NCBI GenBank assembly: GCA_965208125.1 | Contig: OZ242320.1 | Span: 5,472,001-5,536,000, forward strand | DNA: 64,000 bases | Origin: Candidatus Latescibacterota bacterium | Lineage (GTDB): Bacteria; Latescibacterota; UBA2968 | Reading direction: 5' to 3' | In this document: positions 12,763 through 23,274 of the stretch, one piece after another | Numbering within the stretch: position 1 is the stretch's first letter | Layout: the number at the start of each line of letters is the position of its first letter | Made by a program: the position numbers and the translations under genes | Notes under the pieces: model-generated | Databases searched by the model: none | What the model was told of the DNA's origin: nothing | What the model saw: the letters and a program-made list of their open reading frames with translations, nothing else

Positions 12763-13695
12763 TCACCCATCGTCCTCAGGCTGATCTGGCAACAAAAAGA
12801 CCCCCTTGAAAGGGCTGTAGGACACCTCCTCTAAAAATTCGACTTCCGCCTCAAATTCCAGTCGAATCGCCATGCGATCTTCCTCATCTTCAAAACTGGC
12901 CTCGAGCTGTCGATCCATCAACTCAAAAACCTTACTTCGCACCTCCTCCCTCATCTTCCCTTCTTCAAAACACCTCTGGCGAAACGCCTCAATCTGTACA
13001 TCCGATGGCAAAAGCGAATCCATATCTAATGCCAGTGCCAGAATGAGATTGCGCAGCAACCCGTCATACGTGCGCGCTTCAACAGCTATTTCTACCTCGG
13101 TCAGCGCAGCTTTGGGGATCGACCGCAAAAACGCAAGTCGCCTGAGCGCAACTTGATAAGCTGCGTAATCGCGCTTTGGATCGACCAACTGGGATTCATC
13201 TTCCTCGTCATCCTGGGGACGCATCCACGTCTCTGGCACAGCGGTTGCCCAGCGGGATACCGCCTGGTATTCAGACTGCAAAAATTTCACTTCAGGACGC
13301 AGCAACATCGCCCGACACATCTGTGCCATTTCTTTCAAACGAAAAAATGCGATCTCATACCCGCGTTTTCGACACGCTTCAAAATCTCCTTGCGCGATAA
13401 TTTCCACAGCCCGGTTTAAATCGCTTTCTGCACGCGCCTCCAAACCGAGATCCATAGCAATCAGTGCCTGCCGCACCCCGTGTTCCAAATCCTCACGCCT
13501 GATTGCAATACCCGACCGGTAGCGCTTGCCATAGTGCAAACCCTGCAAGCGCAAAAAGCCCAAAAGCGCATCTCCAATATTGGGCGGCAGCTTTTCAAAG
13601 CGCGTCCCCAATTCAATAACCTGCCCTACAAAACTCTCGGAATCAATGCGAAACCGACTCAAATCCAGCGTTGCAAGTGGATTTTGCATAAGCAC
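12763..13695 (-). CDS. Hypothetical helical protein, DUF6178-like (C-terminal half)
   Basis: Long ORF with host-like codon use. MDLGLEARAESDLNRAVEIIAQ..RGY resembles my recollection of DUF6178 proteins, so the family call is tentative. Confidence 0.5.
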   Translation of the reverse strand: MLMQNPLATLDLSRFRIDSESFVGQVIELGTRFEKLPPNIGDALLGFLRLQGLHYGKRYRSGIAIRREDLEHGVRQALIAMDLGLEARAESDLNRAVEIIAQGDFEACRKRGYEIAFFRLKEMAQMCRAMLLRPEVKFLQSEYQAVSRWATAVPETWMRPQDDEEDESQLVDPKRDYAAYQVALRRLAFLRSIPKAALTEVEIAVEARTYDGLLRNLILALALDMDSLLPSDVQIEAFRQRCFEEGKMREEVRSKVFELMDRQLEASFEDEEDRMAIRLEFEAEVEFLEEVSYSPFKGVFLLPDQPEDDG

Positions 13696-13821
13696 TCCGT
13701 CGTCAGTTATCAGTAGCCAGTTGTCAGTCCACCCAGCCCATCAGCCCCCTTCGTGTAAGTTACTTGCTTCGCTGCGTTGTAGGCTACGCCTGTGCGTGCT
13801 CTTAGTGGATCATTTCACCCT

Positions 13822-14760
13822 TCACACTTCATCATCCCTCCTCTCCCACGCCCCGCGAATTACGGACCGCATCAAATCGGCATCCGCATCGAAAAGTGCA
13901 TCCAGAACACCTCCGACAACGGGATCCTCAACTATCGTACTCGGCTTTTCACCCACAGCAGCGCCTTCGGAAAAGAGTTGGTGCCGGTAAACCTGCGCGC
14001 CCGCAGCCCCCACGACCTCATTCATGCGCATATCCTTCACGTACGGAATCAGAGCTTCTTCGAGCAACCCGGGATCCACACTGTTCAGCAATTCAGCACA
14101 CTTATTTGCGTCCCCCAGCATAGATAGTGCCCTGAGCCATTCAAACGATACCTTTGACCGGACCTCGGCACTGTCCATAGGCTCTAACGTATCTTCCACA
14201 GTGCGCCGAAAAGTACCCGGTGTCATAGCGCGTATCAAATGCGCATTAAAACCCTGCCGCTCCGGATCATAATCAATCAGCCCCGTCAACATCTCTGTAG
14301 GCAAATGCGCCACCACATCTGTCGAATAGCCCGGATTGCCATCTTCATCCATACCCGTTATCGACAGCATATTCTCAGGATCTTCATCCAGAACAACGAG
14401 CGCGGCCTGCGCTTCAACCGTCAAAGTCTTCACCAGTGCCCTGGCATCTTCTTTTTTTCCCTCGCGAAGCAGATCGCGTATCCGGCTACTCTGCTCTGCC
14501 AATTCCATAAATCCGGTTGACCATTTACCGACGACCAATCGATCTTCCTGAACCTCAATGGGTTTCACCTCGGGTTCTTCCTCATAAATCGCGTTGCCCG
14601 TCAAATGAGATTTGGGACGAATCTTCCCCCTTTCTACTTTGTCCTTACACGTCACGCACAGGCGCGTATAAGGAACGACCTTGAGGCGTTCTTCTGAAAT
14701 AACCGCCTCGCAAATGACACACCTCACCCCCGTCCCGCCATCGAGCGGCTGTTGTGCCAT
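13822..14760 (-). CDS. TraR/DksA C4-type zinc finger fused to an uncharacterised helical domain
   Basis: CVICEAVISEERLKVVPYTRLCVTCK is a classic DksA/TraR zinc finger. Likely start ATG at 14760 (MAQQPL) after GGAGGG. Confidence 0.8.
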   Translation of the reverse strand: MAQQPLDGGTGVRCVICEAVISEERLKVVPYTRLCVTCKDKVERGKIRPKSHLTGNAIYEEEPEVKPIEVQEDRLVVGKWSTGFMELAEQSSRIRDLLREGKKEDARALVKTLTVEAQAALVVLDEDPENMLSITGMDEDGNPGYSTDVVAHLPTEMLTGLIDYDPERQGFNAHLIRAMTPGTFRRTVEDTLEPMDSAEVRSKVSFEWLRALSMLGDANKCAELLNSVDPGLLEEALIPYVKDMRMNEVVGAAGAQVYRHQLFSEGAAVGEKPSTIVEDPVVGGVLDALFDADADLMRSVIRGAWERRDDEV

Positions 14761-14830
14761 ATTGCCCTCCATTGGGGTTTTGAGAACCCTCCGCGCATAT
14801 TGCGGAGACGGCAGAATCACAGCGGAGATA

Positions 14831-14859
14831 AATGTAATCGAATAAACTCGGAATGTCAA
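14831..14859 (-). promoter_or_regulatory. Sigma70 promoter for the zinc-finger gene
   Basis: TTGACA-N17-TACATT on the minus strand. Confidence 0.65.
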
Positions 14860-14893
14860 CCTTTAACTTACTGTTTATCAAAGATTTACAAAC

Positions 14894-14922
14894 TTGACAA
14901 ACAAGGCGAAATTTGTTATATT
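14894..14922 (+). promoter_or_regulatory. Near-consensus sigma70 promoter with extended -10, pointing into non-coding DNA
   Basis: TTGACA(14894)-N17-TATATT(14917), with TG immediately upstream (TGnTATATT). Confidence 0.65.
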
Positions 14923-14928
14923 AATACC

Positions 14929-14970
14929 GTCGCCGAAGAGATTGCACCTGATCCCTTCGGCATTTTTTTA
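14929..14970 (+). ncRNA. Candidate small RNA of about 40 nt (single hairpin plus U-tail)
   Basis: GCCGAAG-A-GAT-tgcacctg-ATC-C-CTTCGGC-A-TTTTTTT directly follows the orphan promoter. There is no credible plus-strand ORF here. Confidence 0.35.
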
Positions 14971-14985
14971 TTGAGCCACAACAAA

Positions 14986-15028
14986 CAAAGGCCCGATTCA
15001 ACAATCCCGACCGAGCCTTTTTATTTTT
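14986..15028. terminator. Hairpin terminator after nadC
   Basis: AAAGGCCCGA...CCGAGCCTTT imperfect stem with T-rich flanks. Confidence 0.55.
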
Positions 15029-15050
15029 CACGGACACAACATCCTGTTTC

Positions 15051-15905
15051 CTATCGAAACAACATACTGATATCCAGTGCCTTAACCGAATGTGTAAGCG
15101 CACCCACTGAAATAAGATCCACGCCCGTTTCTGCAATTGTCCGCACACTATCTAAGGACACATTGCCCGAGGCTTCCAATTCGGGTCTTTTGCCTTTTAA
15201 TTTTCCCACCTTTTCCACGGCTTCGCGCATCTCATCCAGGCTCATATTGTCCAACATCACGCGATCCGCACCCAAAACGAGCACCTCATCGAGTTCTGAT
15301 AGCGTTTCTACCTCCACCTCCACGGGCACTTCTCGGCCTTCAAAATCCATCCCCTTCCACACCGAAAGAAGTGCCGGCCCAATGCCATCCGCTGCCTCAA
15401 TGTGATTCTCCTTCATCAGCACCATATCGAACAACCCCACCCGATGATTCACACCACCGCCCGCAACAACAGCATATTTATCTAATAATCGCAATCCCGG
15501 CACAGTCTTGCGCGTATCCAGAATCCGCGTCTGTGTTCCTTTTACAGCCTCTACAAACTGTGCCGTCATCGTTGCTATACCCGACATACGCTGCAAAAAA
15601 TTCAGCGCGACGCGCTCACCTGTCAACAGACCACGCGCGGGACCAGAAACCTCGGCCAAAACATCACCATCAGCAACGCACTCACCATCTTCGACATATG
15701 CCTCAAATACAATCGCTTCCTCTACAGCCTCAAACACCCATTGCGCCACATCCAATCCCGCAATCACGCCATCTGCTCTCGCAATAATTTTCGCCTTCGC
15801 CTGCTTTGTCAACGGCACGGTCCACTTTGTCGTAATATCCCCATCTCCCACATCTTCTATCAATGCTCGCTCTATCACAGGCATGATATCTTCGCGCTTT
15901 AACAT
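15051..15905 (-). CDS. nadC: Nicotinate-nucleotide pyrophosphorylase (carboxylating)
   Basis: EDVGDGDIT; GERVALNFLQRMSGIAT; DTRKTVPGLR; HRVGLFD; MLDNM; EASGNV; ISVGALTHS. Confidence 0.97.
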   Translation of the reverse strand: MLKREDIMPVIERALIEDVGDGDITTKWTVPLTKQAKAKIIARADGVIAGLDVAQWVFEAVEEAIVFEAYVEDGECVADGDVLAEVSGPARGLLTGERVALNFLQRMSGIATMTAQFVEAVKGTQTRILDTRKTVPGLRLLDKYAVVAGGGVNHRVGLFDMVLMKENHIEAADGIGPALLSVWKGMDFEGREVPVEVEVETLSELDEVLVLGADRVMLDNMSLDEMREAVEKVGKLKGKRPELEASGNVSLDSVRTIAETGVDLISVGALTHSVKALDISMLFR

Positions 15906-15915
15906 GTCAAGCCCT

Positions 15916-17904
15916 CTACGCCACCTCTGACTTTAATCTCGCAATCTCATCGCGATATTGCGCGGCCTTCTCAAACTCCAAATTCTCAGCCGCTTCGCCC
16001 ATCTTGCGCGTCAATTCTTCGATTATATCCAGCCGATTGGCTCCATCCATATACTCTGGCGACTCCTCGGCAACCATTGGCAACTCTTCTGCCTTCTCAT
16101 CGGCCACGGCTGTCGTCTGGAGAATCTCTTCTCTGGTCTTGTAAAGCGTCTCAGGCGTAATGCCGTGTATGATATTATACTCCTCCTGCAATGCCCGGCG
16201 GCGATTCGTCTCGTCAATGGCGCGCTGCATCGAATCCGTCACCTTATCCGCGTACATAATAACCGTACCTCTTGCATTGCGCGCGGCTCGCCCCGCCGTC
16301 TGAATCAACGACCGCTCCGACCGCAAAAACCCTTCCTTATCCGCATCCAGAATAGCAACCAGCGACACCTCTGGCAGATCCAACCCCTCGCGCAACAAAT
16401 TCACGCCCACGAGCACATCGAACTCACCCAAACGCAAATCCCTGATAATTGCCACGCGTTCAAGGGAATCGACATCTGAGTGCATATAGCGCGCCTTGAT
16501 ACCCAACTCGCGCATATATTCCGACAAATCCTCTGCCATGCGCTTGGTCAGCGTCGTCACCAGCACGCGATCGCCGCGCTCCACCCGCACCCGCGATTCT
16601 TCGATGAGATCATCAACCTGTCCGCGCACAGGTCGTACCACCATCTCGGGATCGAGCAACCCCGTCGGACGAATCACCTGCTCTACCACCACGCCCTCAC
16701 ACTGTTCCAATTCGTAATCCGCAGGTGTGGCCGACATAAAAACAACCTGCTTTGCCTTCTGTTCAAACTCCTCAAAATACAACGGACGATTATCCAATGC
16801 CGCGGACAACCTGAACCCGTGTTCTATCAATACCTCTTTGCGAGATCGATCCCCATTCCACATCCCGCGCAACTGCGGAATCGTCACATGGGATTCATCC
16901 AGCACAATCAGAAAATCGTCCGCAAAATAATCCAGCAACACATAAGGTGCCTCCCCGGGTCTGCGCCCATCGATATACCGCGAATAATTTTCAATACCCT
17001 GACAAAAGCCAATCTCGCGCATCATCTCAATATCGTAGCGCGTGCGCATCTCTAGCCGCTGTGCCTCTAACAACTTGCCCTGATCACTAAACGCCTCCAG
17101 TTGTTTGGCGAGATCCACCTCAATCTGGACAATGGCTTTCTCAATGCGATTGCCACTGGTCACAAAGTGCTTGGCCGGATAAATAACAATGCGATCGCGT
17201 TCCGCAAGCACCTCGCCCGTCACGGGATGCACTTCACTCAACGCGTCGATCTCATCGCCAAAAAACTCCACGCGTACCGGATGCTCGCGCTCGGGCGGAT
17301 AAATTTCGACCACATCGCCCCGCACCCGAAACGCGCCCGGCTCAAAAGCCACATCATTGCGCGTAAAATGAATATCCACCAGCTTGCGCAACATAGCATC
17401 GCGATCCATCTCTGCACCGCGATCCAGAATCACCAGGTGATCTTCGTATTCATCTGGATTACCAATACCGTAAATACACGACACACTCGCCACAATGATC
17501 ACATCTCGTCGCTCCATCAAAGCACTTGTCGCGCGCAAGCGCAAACGGTTGATCTCATCGTTAATATCCGCTTCTTTTTCTATAAACGTATCCGTCACCG
17601 GTTTATACGCTTCGGGCTGGTAATAATCGTAATACGAAATAAAATACTCCACAGCATTATTCGGGAAAAAACTGCGAAACTCACCGTAGAGTTGTGCCGC
17701 CAGAGTTTTGTTGTGGGAAATCACGAGCGTGGGCTTTTGAACGGATTCAATCACCTTGGACATTGAAAACGTCTTACCTGTACCCGTTGCCCCCATCAAA
17801 GTCTGGTATGGCGCACCATCTCGAATCCCCTGAGCGAGCTCTTCTATCGCCTGGGGCTGATCGCCCGCAGGCTCAAAAGGCGATATTACTTCAAATCGCG
17901 GCAT
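15916..17904 (-). CDS. uvrB: Excinuclease ABC subunit B
   Basis: GDQPQAI; GATGTGKT; [10 protein letters not shown]; [10 protein letters not shown]; [30 protein letters not shown]; C-terminal UVR domain. Likely start at 17904. Confidence 0.98.
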   Translation of the reverse strand: MPRFEVISPFEPAGDQPQAIEELAQGIRDGAPYQTLMGATGTGKTFSMSKVIESVQKPTLVISHNKTLAAQLYGEFRSFFPNNAVEYFISYYDYYQPEAYKPVTDTFIEKEADINDEINRLRLRATSALMERRDVIIVASVSCIYGIGNPDEYEDHLVILDRGAEMDRDAMLRKLVDIHFTRNDVAFEPGAFRVRGDVVEIYPPEREHPVRVEFFGDEIDALSEVHPVTGEVLAERDRIVIYPAKHFVTSGNRIEKAIVQIEVDLAKQLEAFSDQGKLLEAQRLEMRTRYDIEMMREIGFCQGIENYSRYIDGRRPGEAPYVLLDYFADDFLIVLDESHVTIPQLRGMWNGDRSRKEVLIEHGFRLSAALDNRPLYFEEFEQKAKQVVFMSATPADYELEQCEGVVVEQVIRPTGLLDPEMVVRPVRGQVDDLIEESRVRVERGDRVLVTTLTKRMAEDLSEYMRELGIKARYMHSDVDSLERVAIIRDLRLGEFDVLVGVNLLREGLDLPEVSLVAILDADKEGFLRSERSLIQTAGRAARNARGTVIMYADKVTDSMQRAIDETNRRRALQEEYNIIHGITPETLYKTREEILQTTAVADEKAEELPMVAEESPEYMDGANRLDIIEELTRKMGEAAENLEFEKAAQYRDEIARLKSEVA

Positions 17905-18045
17905 AATGATTTCCTTAAAAAAATCAGTTTTAGGTTCGCACCTTGACTCACACCCCATAACTACTTTAATTTAGAAAGAGAATACCTGAAATGCAAGGTC
18001 AACCCCGCTGTTTTCACCTGCGGGTGAACACACAAGGGCTTCCCG

Positions 18046-19232
18046 TGAAAATTTTTCTCAAAAGCACAATTCTATGCGCGCTATTTGGCCTGATGACCTG
18101 TGGGGGAAAAAGCACAGATACACTGGGACCGGGGGACTCGGGCAATCCTTCTGCCCCCCCTGGCGACACGACATCCGGCAATACGCAAACCTCTGGTTCA
18201 ATCAATCGCGAACCGCAAGCAGGCGGCAATTTTCTCAGTGACTTTCCCAGAGACAGAATTCTATCGGGCGGCGTACCTCCCGATGGCATTCCCGCACTCA
18301 CCGATCCCCCATTTGTCGAACTCACATCCAGTGAAGCCGCTTACCTCAGCGATGAGGACCTCGTCCTCGGCGTGATCCTCAATGGCGTAGCCAAAGCCTA
18401 TCCCCACAACATGGGTTGGTGGCACGAAATCATCAACGACGTAGTTGGCGAACAGCCTATTGTCGTGAGCTTTTGCCCACTGACGGGCACGGGACTCATC
18501 TTTAACGGACAGGGCAATGACCAATCGCGCATCCATTGTGGGGTTTCCGGTTTGCTATTTAACAACAACCTGATTATGTACGACCGCCGCCAACAGGGAA
18601 TCCTGTATCCCCAGATGATCCACATCCCGGTTGAAAGTGGAACCGAAGAATTACAACTCCTGCCCGTAATCGAAACCACCTGGCGCTACTGGAAACAACT
18701 CTATCCCAATTCCAAAGTTATCAGTGCCAATACGGGTGTTTACGCGCCCAGCAGATATCAGAGCTATCCCTATGGCAACTATCGGGACCCGAATACCGCG
18801 CCGCTTTTCCCCTCCTTCCCCAGTTTGCTCGACAACCCAACCGCGCAGTTATTCCCGCCCAAAACCCTCACACTGGGTATTCGTTTTGGCGAAACAGCCA
18901 AAGCCTATCCCTTTCCCACCATGGGTATAGAAGCCGTCATCAACGACGTAGTCGCGGGTAATGCCATTCTGGTCGTCTATTACGATAGGGAGCAATACGC
19001 ACTACCCTTTGATCGGGTAGTGGATGGTCAGACCCTCACATTTGAAAAAGCGCTTCCCCGCGATACGGTCTATCCCTTTCTCCTGCGCGACCAGGAGACG
19101 GGCAGCACCTGGAACCTCAAAGGCGAAGCCATTGCCGGGCCAATGCAAAATAAAACCTTACAACAACTACCTGCCCACAATTCCTTCTGGTTTGCCTGGG
19201 CAACCTTCTGGCAGAATACGGGAATTTATTAG
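18046..19232 (+). CDS. DUF3179-domain lipoprotein
   Basis: GGVPPDGIPAL; AKAYP..WHEIIND; SFCPLTGTG; SGLLFNNNLIMYDR; FWFAW. Lipobox LMTC. The start (GTG at 18046) is uncertain. Confidence 0.85.
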
Positions 19233-19307
19233 ACGGACACAAATACTTGTATATCTATAAAAAAGGCGAATTGCCCCTGGCGATTCGCCTGAATTTTGGA
19301 GTCCTCC

Positions 19308-20198
19308 ATGCACTGCTTTTATTGGCTTGCCCTCTTCATACTCTTGCCCCATACCGCTTATGCAGGTGCCTGGACACTCGCAAAAGGCCATATCTGGGGT
19401 AAAATCACAGGCATGGCGCAATCGACAAATGAAGAATATGTGGCCGTTGGCGGCGCGGGTCGCGAACCCGACCTCAACCGCCTCTATGAACCCGGAGATC
19501 GCGCACACTATCGCGAAAATGGGCAATACAATTCACAGGCACTCTTTATCGACCTGTTTTACGGCCTGAGTGATCGCATCGACCTCGGCATACAAATTCC
19601 CTACTATCGCCGGGAATTTGAAAACGTCGGCTTCAGACCGGCGAATATTGCATCGGGCTTTGGTGACATGCGAGGAATTGCCAAAATCAACATTGCACAA
19701 ACCCCTGTCGTGGGCACAATGAAATTTGGAACCAAAGCCCCCACAGGCAAGTTTCAAAACCAGGACGGAATTATTTCCGCAGGTGAAGGCCAATGGGATT
19801 TTGAATTCATTGCACAAATTGGCCGATCTTTTTGGCCCTTCCCACTGTACGCCAACATCGATATGGGATATCGCGTCCGCCTGCAAAACAATACCACCAA
19901 TTACGACCCTGGCGACGAGTGGTTTTTAAACTCAGAAATAGGTTATAATCCCGTGAACAAACTCTTCTTTATACTCAAATTAGAGGGCATCAGAGGTAGG
20001 CCATCCCGCGTATTGGGCCTCAAACTATCCAGCGATGTAAGACGCATTACCTATTTCGCGCCCACGCTCCTCATAAGCCCCTTTCAAAACCTGAGCATTG
20101 AAACCTCGGTGCGTATAACCGCTGGTGGGCGCAATTTCCCCGCCGGACATATATGGACCGCAGGGATTTCATACTCGGGTTCCGTGTCTAAAATGTGA
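19308..20198 (+). CDS. Outer-membrane beta-barrel protein (MetA-pathway/phenol-degradation-like channel), paralogue 1
   Basis: Signal peptide, AGAWTL, SGFGD, KAPTG and G.GQWD motifs, and amphipathic strands. Confidence 0.7.
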   Translation: MHCFYWLALFILLPHTAYAGAWTLAKGHIWGKITGMAQSTNEEYVAVGGAGREPDLNRLYEPGDRAHYRENGQYNSQALFIDLFYGLSDRIDLGIQIPYYRREFENVGFRPANIASGFGDMRGIAKINIAQTPVVGTMKFGTKAPTGKFQNQDGIISAGEGQWDFEFIAQIGRSFWPFPLYANIDMGYRVRLQNNTTNYDPGDEWFLNSEIGYNPVNKLFFILKLEGIRGRPSRVLGLKLSSDVRRITYFAPTLLISPFQNLSIETSVRITAGGRNFPAGHIWTAGISYSGSVSKM

Positions 20199-20357
20199 TG
20201 CGATCCCGTGCTCGGGTTTATTCACTCCCCAAAAATCTGTATTTATCATATTGGAAAAAAATCTCCTTTTGAGTATCTTCCCACCTGAGCAGTTTGAACA
20301 GCGGACCGATTACCGCTGGGCTGCTTGTGGTAAAACACTTTATTAGAAAGGGAAAAA

Positions 20358-21251
20358 ATGAGCATTTCCACGCCACATTCTACCGCAGGTATAAAGTTCC
20401 TTCTCGCCATCGCGCTCTGCGTCCTTGTACCTCATACCGCTTATGGAGGTGCCTGGACACTTCAAAAGGGCCATTTTTGGGGCAAAATTACGACCCTTAT
20501 TACATCGACCTCAGAAAGATATAACGCGGAAGGAAATACAGGTGGATTTGGGCCAGCCGCCGCCGCTGCTGTCTATAAGTCACAGTCAGTGTATCTCGAC
20601 TTTTTTTACGGCATAAACGACCGCGTTGACATCGGCATACAAATCCCCTTTATCAGCAATAAATATGATCACGACAATTTTAATTTTCCGAGTTTTATTG
20701 CTCTGGACGCATCGGGTATTGGAGACGTTCGCGGATTTGCCAAAATCAACCTCGTGCAACAAGATGTTGTGGCAACCCTCAAATTGGGCTTCAAAGCCCC
20801 AACAGGCGCTTATGACGATGGGCAAGACCCCGCAGGTACGTATAAAAATGAGGGCATGTCCGTGGGATCGGGCCAATCGGATATTGACTTGATTCTGCAA
20901 TTGGGCCGGTCTTTCTATCCCGCTCCCGTTTACGCCAATCTCGATCTGGGGTATCGTGTCCGCCTGGAAAACAGTACCAGCGGATTTAACCCTGGTGAAG
21001 AGATAATTTACAATGCTGAAGTCGGTGTCACTCCCACCGACATACTCCTCCTCGCGCTCAAATTAGAAGGCATCGCTGGCGCAGAAGGTAGCAGGGGGAA
21101 TGACGATATAGGCATCACGTATCTTGCCCCCACAGTGTTCATTAATGTGCATCAAAATGTGAGTATTGAAGCCTCGGTGCGCATCCCTGTTGCCGGACGC
21201 AATTTCTTCGGTGGCCGTTTGTGGGGCGTAGGACTTTATTTTGAAAAGTAA
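20358..21251 (+). CDS. Outer-membrane beta-barrel protein, paralogue 2
   Basis: Clearly homologous to 19308-20198 (GAWTL.KGH.WGKIT; DLFYG..DR.D.GIQIP; GRSF.P.P.YAN.D.GYRVRL; GRNF). Confidence 0.7.
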   Translation: MSISTPHSTAGIKFLLAIALCVLVPHTAYGGAWTLQKGHFWGKITTLITSTSERYNAEGNTGGFGPAAAAAVYKSQSVYLDFFYGINDRVDIGIQIPFISNKYDHDNFNFPSFIALDASGIGDVRGFAKINLVQQDVVATLKLGFKAPTGAYDDGQDPAGTYKNEGMSVGSGQSDIDLILQLGRSFYPAPVYANLDLGYRVRLENSTSGFNPGEEIIYNAEVGVTPTDILLLALKLEGIAGAEGSRGNDDIGITYLAPTVFINVHQNVSIEASVRIPVAGRNFFGGRLWGVGLYFEK

Positions 21252-21278
21252 TCTGTAAATGCACAGCGAATAAATTTG

Positions 21279-21310
21279 AGCGGGTGGAGGTTTTGCCCGC
21301 TCTTCTTTTT
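21279..21310 (+). terminator. Intrinsic terminator
   Basis: GAGCGGG...CCCGCTC followed by TTCTTTTTT. Confidence 0.65.
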
Positions 21311-22515
21311 TACAAAATTACATGCTCGCCACCCGTGCTTAAACGCCCGTGATCCCAGGGCGTAATCCAATCTTCGGCAATATCCATTCCAAATCCCGGC
21401 GCATCCGACGGCACCAGATAGCCATCTTTTGGCACGGGCACGCCCGGCATCCGCGCGACTTCTTCCAGGGGCACCCCCACGGGTGTACTCAAATGAAACT
21501 CACACAGAGTACACTCGGGCATCGCATAGCAAAAATGCTGTCCATAAGCCGAATTACAGCCCCCGTGCGGACTGCTCTTAATACCGGCGGCTTCGGCAAT
21601 GTGATGAATTTTCACAGCCTCGGTCATCCCTCCGCACCAGTGCAAATCGGGTTGCACGACATCCACACAGCGATTTTCCACGAGTTGGCGAAACGGAATC
21701 CGCGTGTGGTGATCCTCACCGGTTGCAATGGGAATCCAGGTCATGGCTTTTTTCAATTGAATATGCCCTTCGAGGTCTTCTGGAAATAGTGGCTCTTCCA
21801 TCCACTTCAATTCGTAGGGTCTGAGCCGTTCTCCCAGACGAATGGCAAACTCCACATCGTAAGCCATCACGGGATTAATCATCAACTCGGCATTCACGCC
21901 CACAGTTTCTCGCGCCAGGGCGACCTTTTCCTCCATAATATTTATACCCGTGATACCCTGCTCGTAATGCACGGGATTCGTAATTTTAAACGCCTCAAAT
22001 CCAAGCTCCATCGACCAATCCAGATCATCGCCTGTACAATAACACCGAATTTTCTCGCGAGATGGTCCCCCGAGCAATCTGTAAACGGGCTGATTGAGCA
22101 ACTTCCCCTTCAAATCCCACAGAGCCAGATCAATTGCACTCTGCGCACAGGCGGACAATCCCAGCGACCCGTGCCTTTTGGATGCCCGCCACATCATATC
22201 GTTGAGATGCTCTGTCGCAAAACAATCTCGTCCTTCCAATAGTGGCGCGTAAAAAGCATCGACCAGTGCGGCAACCGGTTCGCCAAATCCCGTTCTACCC
22301 AGGCCCCATGTGCCATCCTCAGCCGTTATTTTGACCCATACGCCCCGCCCGCCAATACCCGGCGACTTGCTCGGCACATCTGGCGGAAACTCCGGATATT
22401 TATTCATCGGCAGACCAATCGGCGATGAATGCCGCCAACTCGAACGGCGCGCGGGTGTTGTCGGTTTCTGTTGCGGAATAGAAACATTCACAGCTTCAAT
22501 GGATTTAATCTTCAT
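21310..22515 (-). CDS. Mandelate racemase/enolase superfamily, L-rhamnonate dehydratase-like
   Basis: SAIDLALWDLKGK..PVYRLLGG; WMEEPL; TGEDH; VQPDLHWCGG; PSDAPGFG. Confidence 0.85.
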   Translation of the reverse strand: MKIKSIEAVNVSIPQQKPTTPARRSSWRHSSPIGLPMNKYPEFPPDVPSKSPGIGGRGVWVKITAEDGTWGLGRTGFGEPVAALVDAFYAPLLEGRDCFATEHLNDMMWRASKRHGSLGLSACAQSAIDLALWDLKGKLLNQPVYRLLGGPSREKIRCYCTGDDLDWSMELGFEAFKITNPVHYEQGITGINIMEEKVALARETVGVNAELMINPVMAYDVEFAIRLGERLRPYELKWMEEPLFPEDLEGHIQLKKAMTWIPIATGEDHHTRIPFRQLVENRCVDVVQPDLHWCGGMTEAVKIHHIAEAAGIKSSPHGGCNSAYGQHFCYAMPECTLCEFHLSTPVGVPLEEVARMPGVPVPKDGYLVPSDAPGFGMDIAEDWITPWDHGRLSTGGEHVIL

Positions 22516-22527
22516 AACTCCTCCTAT

Positions 22528-23112
22528 TCATGTATTGAGCATATAGCCAAAAATGAGAAATGTAACCCCAGCCCCTACAATACTACCCACCAAAATCTGA
22601 GATACAGAATGAGCCTGTAATACGAACCGCGCCCACGAAACCAGCCCCGCGGGAACAACCGCCCACCAATTACCATAGAGCGCAATTACCACACCACAGG
22701 CAGCCCAAAGCCCCATGGCGTGTAAGCTGATTTTCCACTGCATCGTTATCAAAAGCGCGACAGTGCTCAGAACGGCGACACTGACCATCAGCGCGTATAG
22801 TGTGGGCGGCGAGTGTATCAGATAAAGAATGCCAACACCCATCCAGGAACTCGCCATAAAAAAGAAAAGCGGTCGCAGCCGGTCGCGGCGTTCTGGAATA
22901 AACAACTCGCTGATCTCGCCTTGGCGTCGCATATACAATACCAAGCCCCAGGGTGCAAAAACAGTAAAAAACAATGTGATCAATACACACAATACAATCC
23001 TAGCACCCGATCCAGAGGCCTCAAGAGACACCAGCACAATCACAATCCCCAGCACAAACACGGGATTTAAGACCCGAGAAACACACAGGGCAAACTTCTC
23101 TTTATCAACCAT
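22528..23112 (-). CDS. PAP2-like membrane protein
   Basis: Multiple TM helices, KISLH and WARFVLQAHSVSQILVG. Confidence 0.7.
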   Translation of the reverse strand: MVDKEKFALCVSRVLNPVFVLGIVIVLVSLEASGSGARIVLCVLITLFFTVFAPWGLVLYMRRQGEISELFIPERRDRLRPLFFFMASSWMGVGILYLIHSPPTLYALMVSVAVLSTVALLITMQWKISLHAMGLWAACGVVIALYGNWWAVVPAGLVSWARFVLQAHSVSQILVGSIVGAGVTFLIFGYMLNT

Positions 23113-23274
23113 AAGCCTTCCCATCATTTTTACACAAAATAATGAACCCTGTTCAGAAAATCAAAACCCAAGTTTTTGCTCTTGGATACGATACCTTGAC
23201 AACACCTTTGCATTAAACTATTTTGCTGACATTATCCACTGATTTGGTAAAGAGTTAGAAAAGAGGGGCATAAC

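Noticed and set aside
17991-19232. Selenoprotein form of DUF3179
   Set aside because: The ORF has no in-frame TGA, and the conserved position is Cys.
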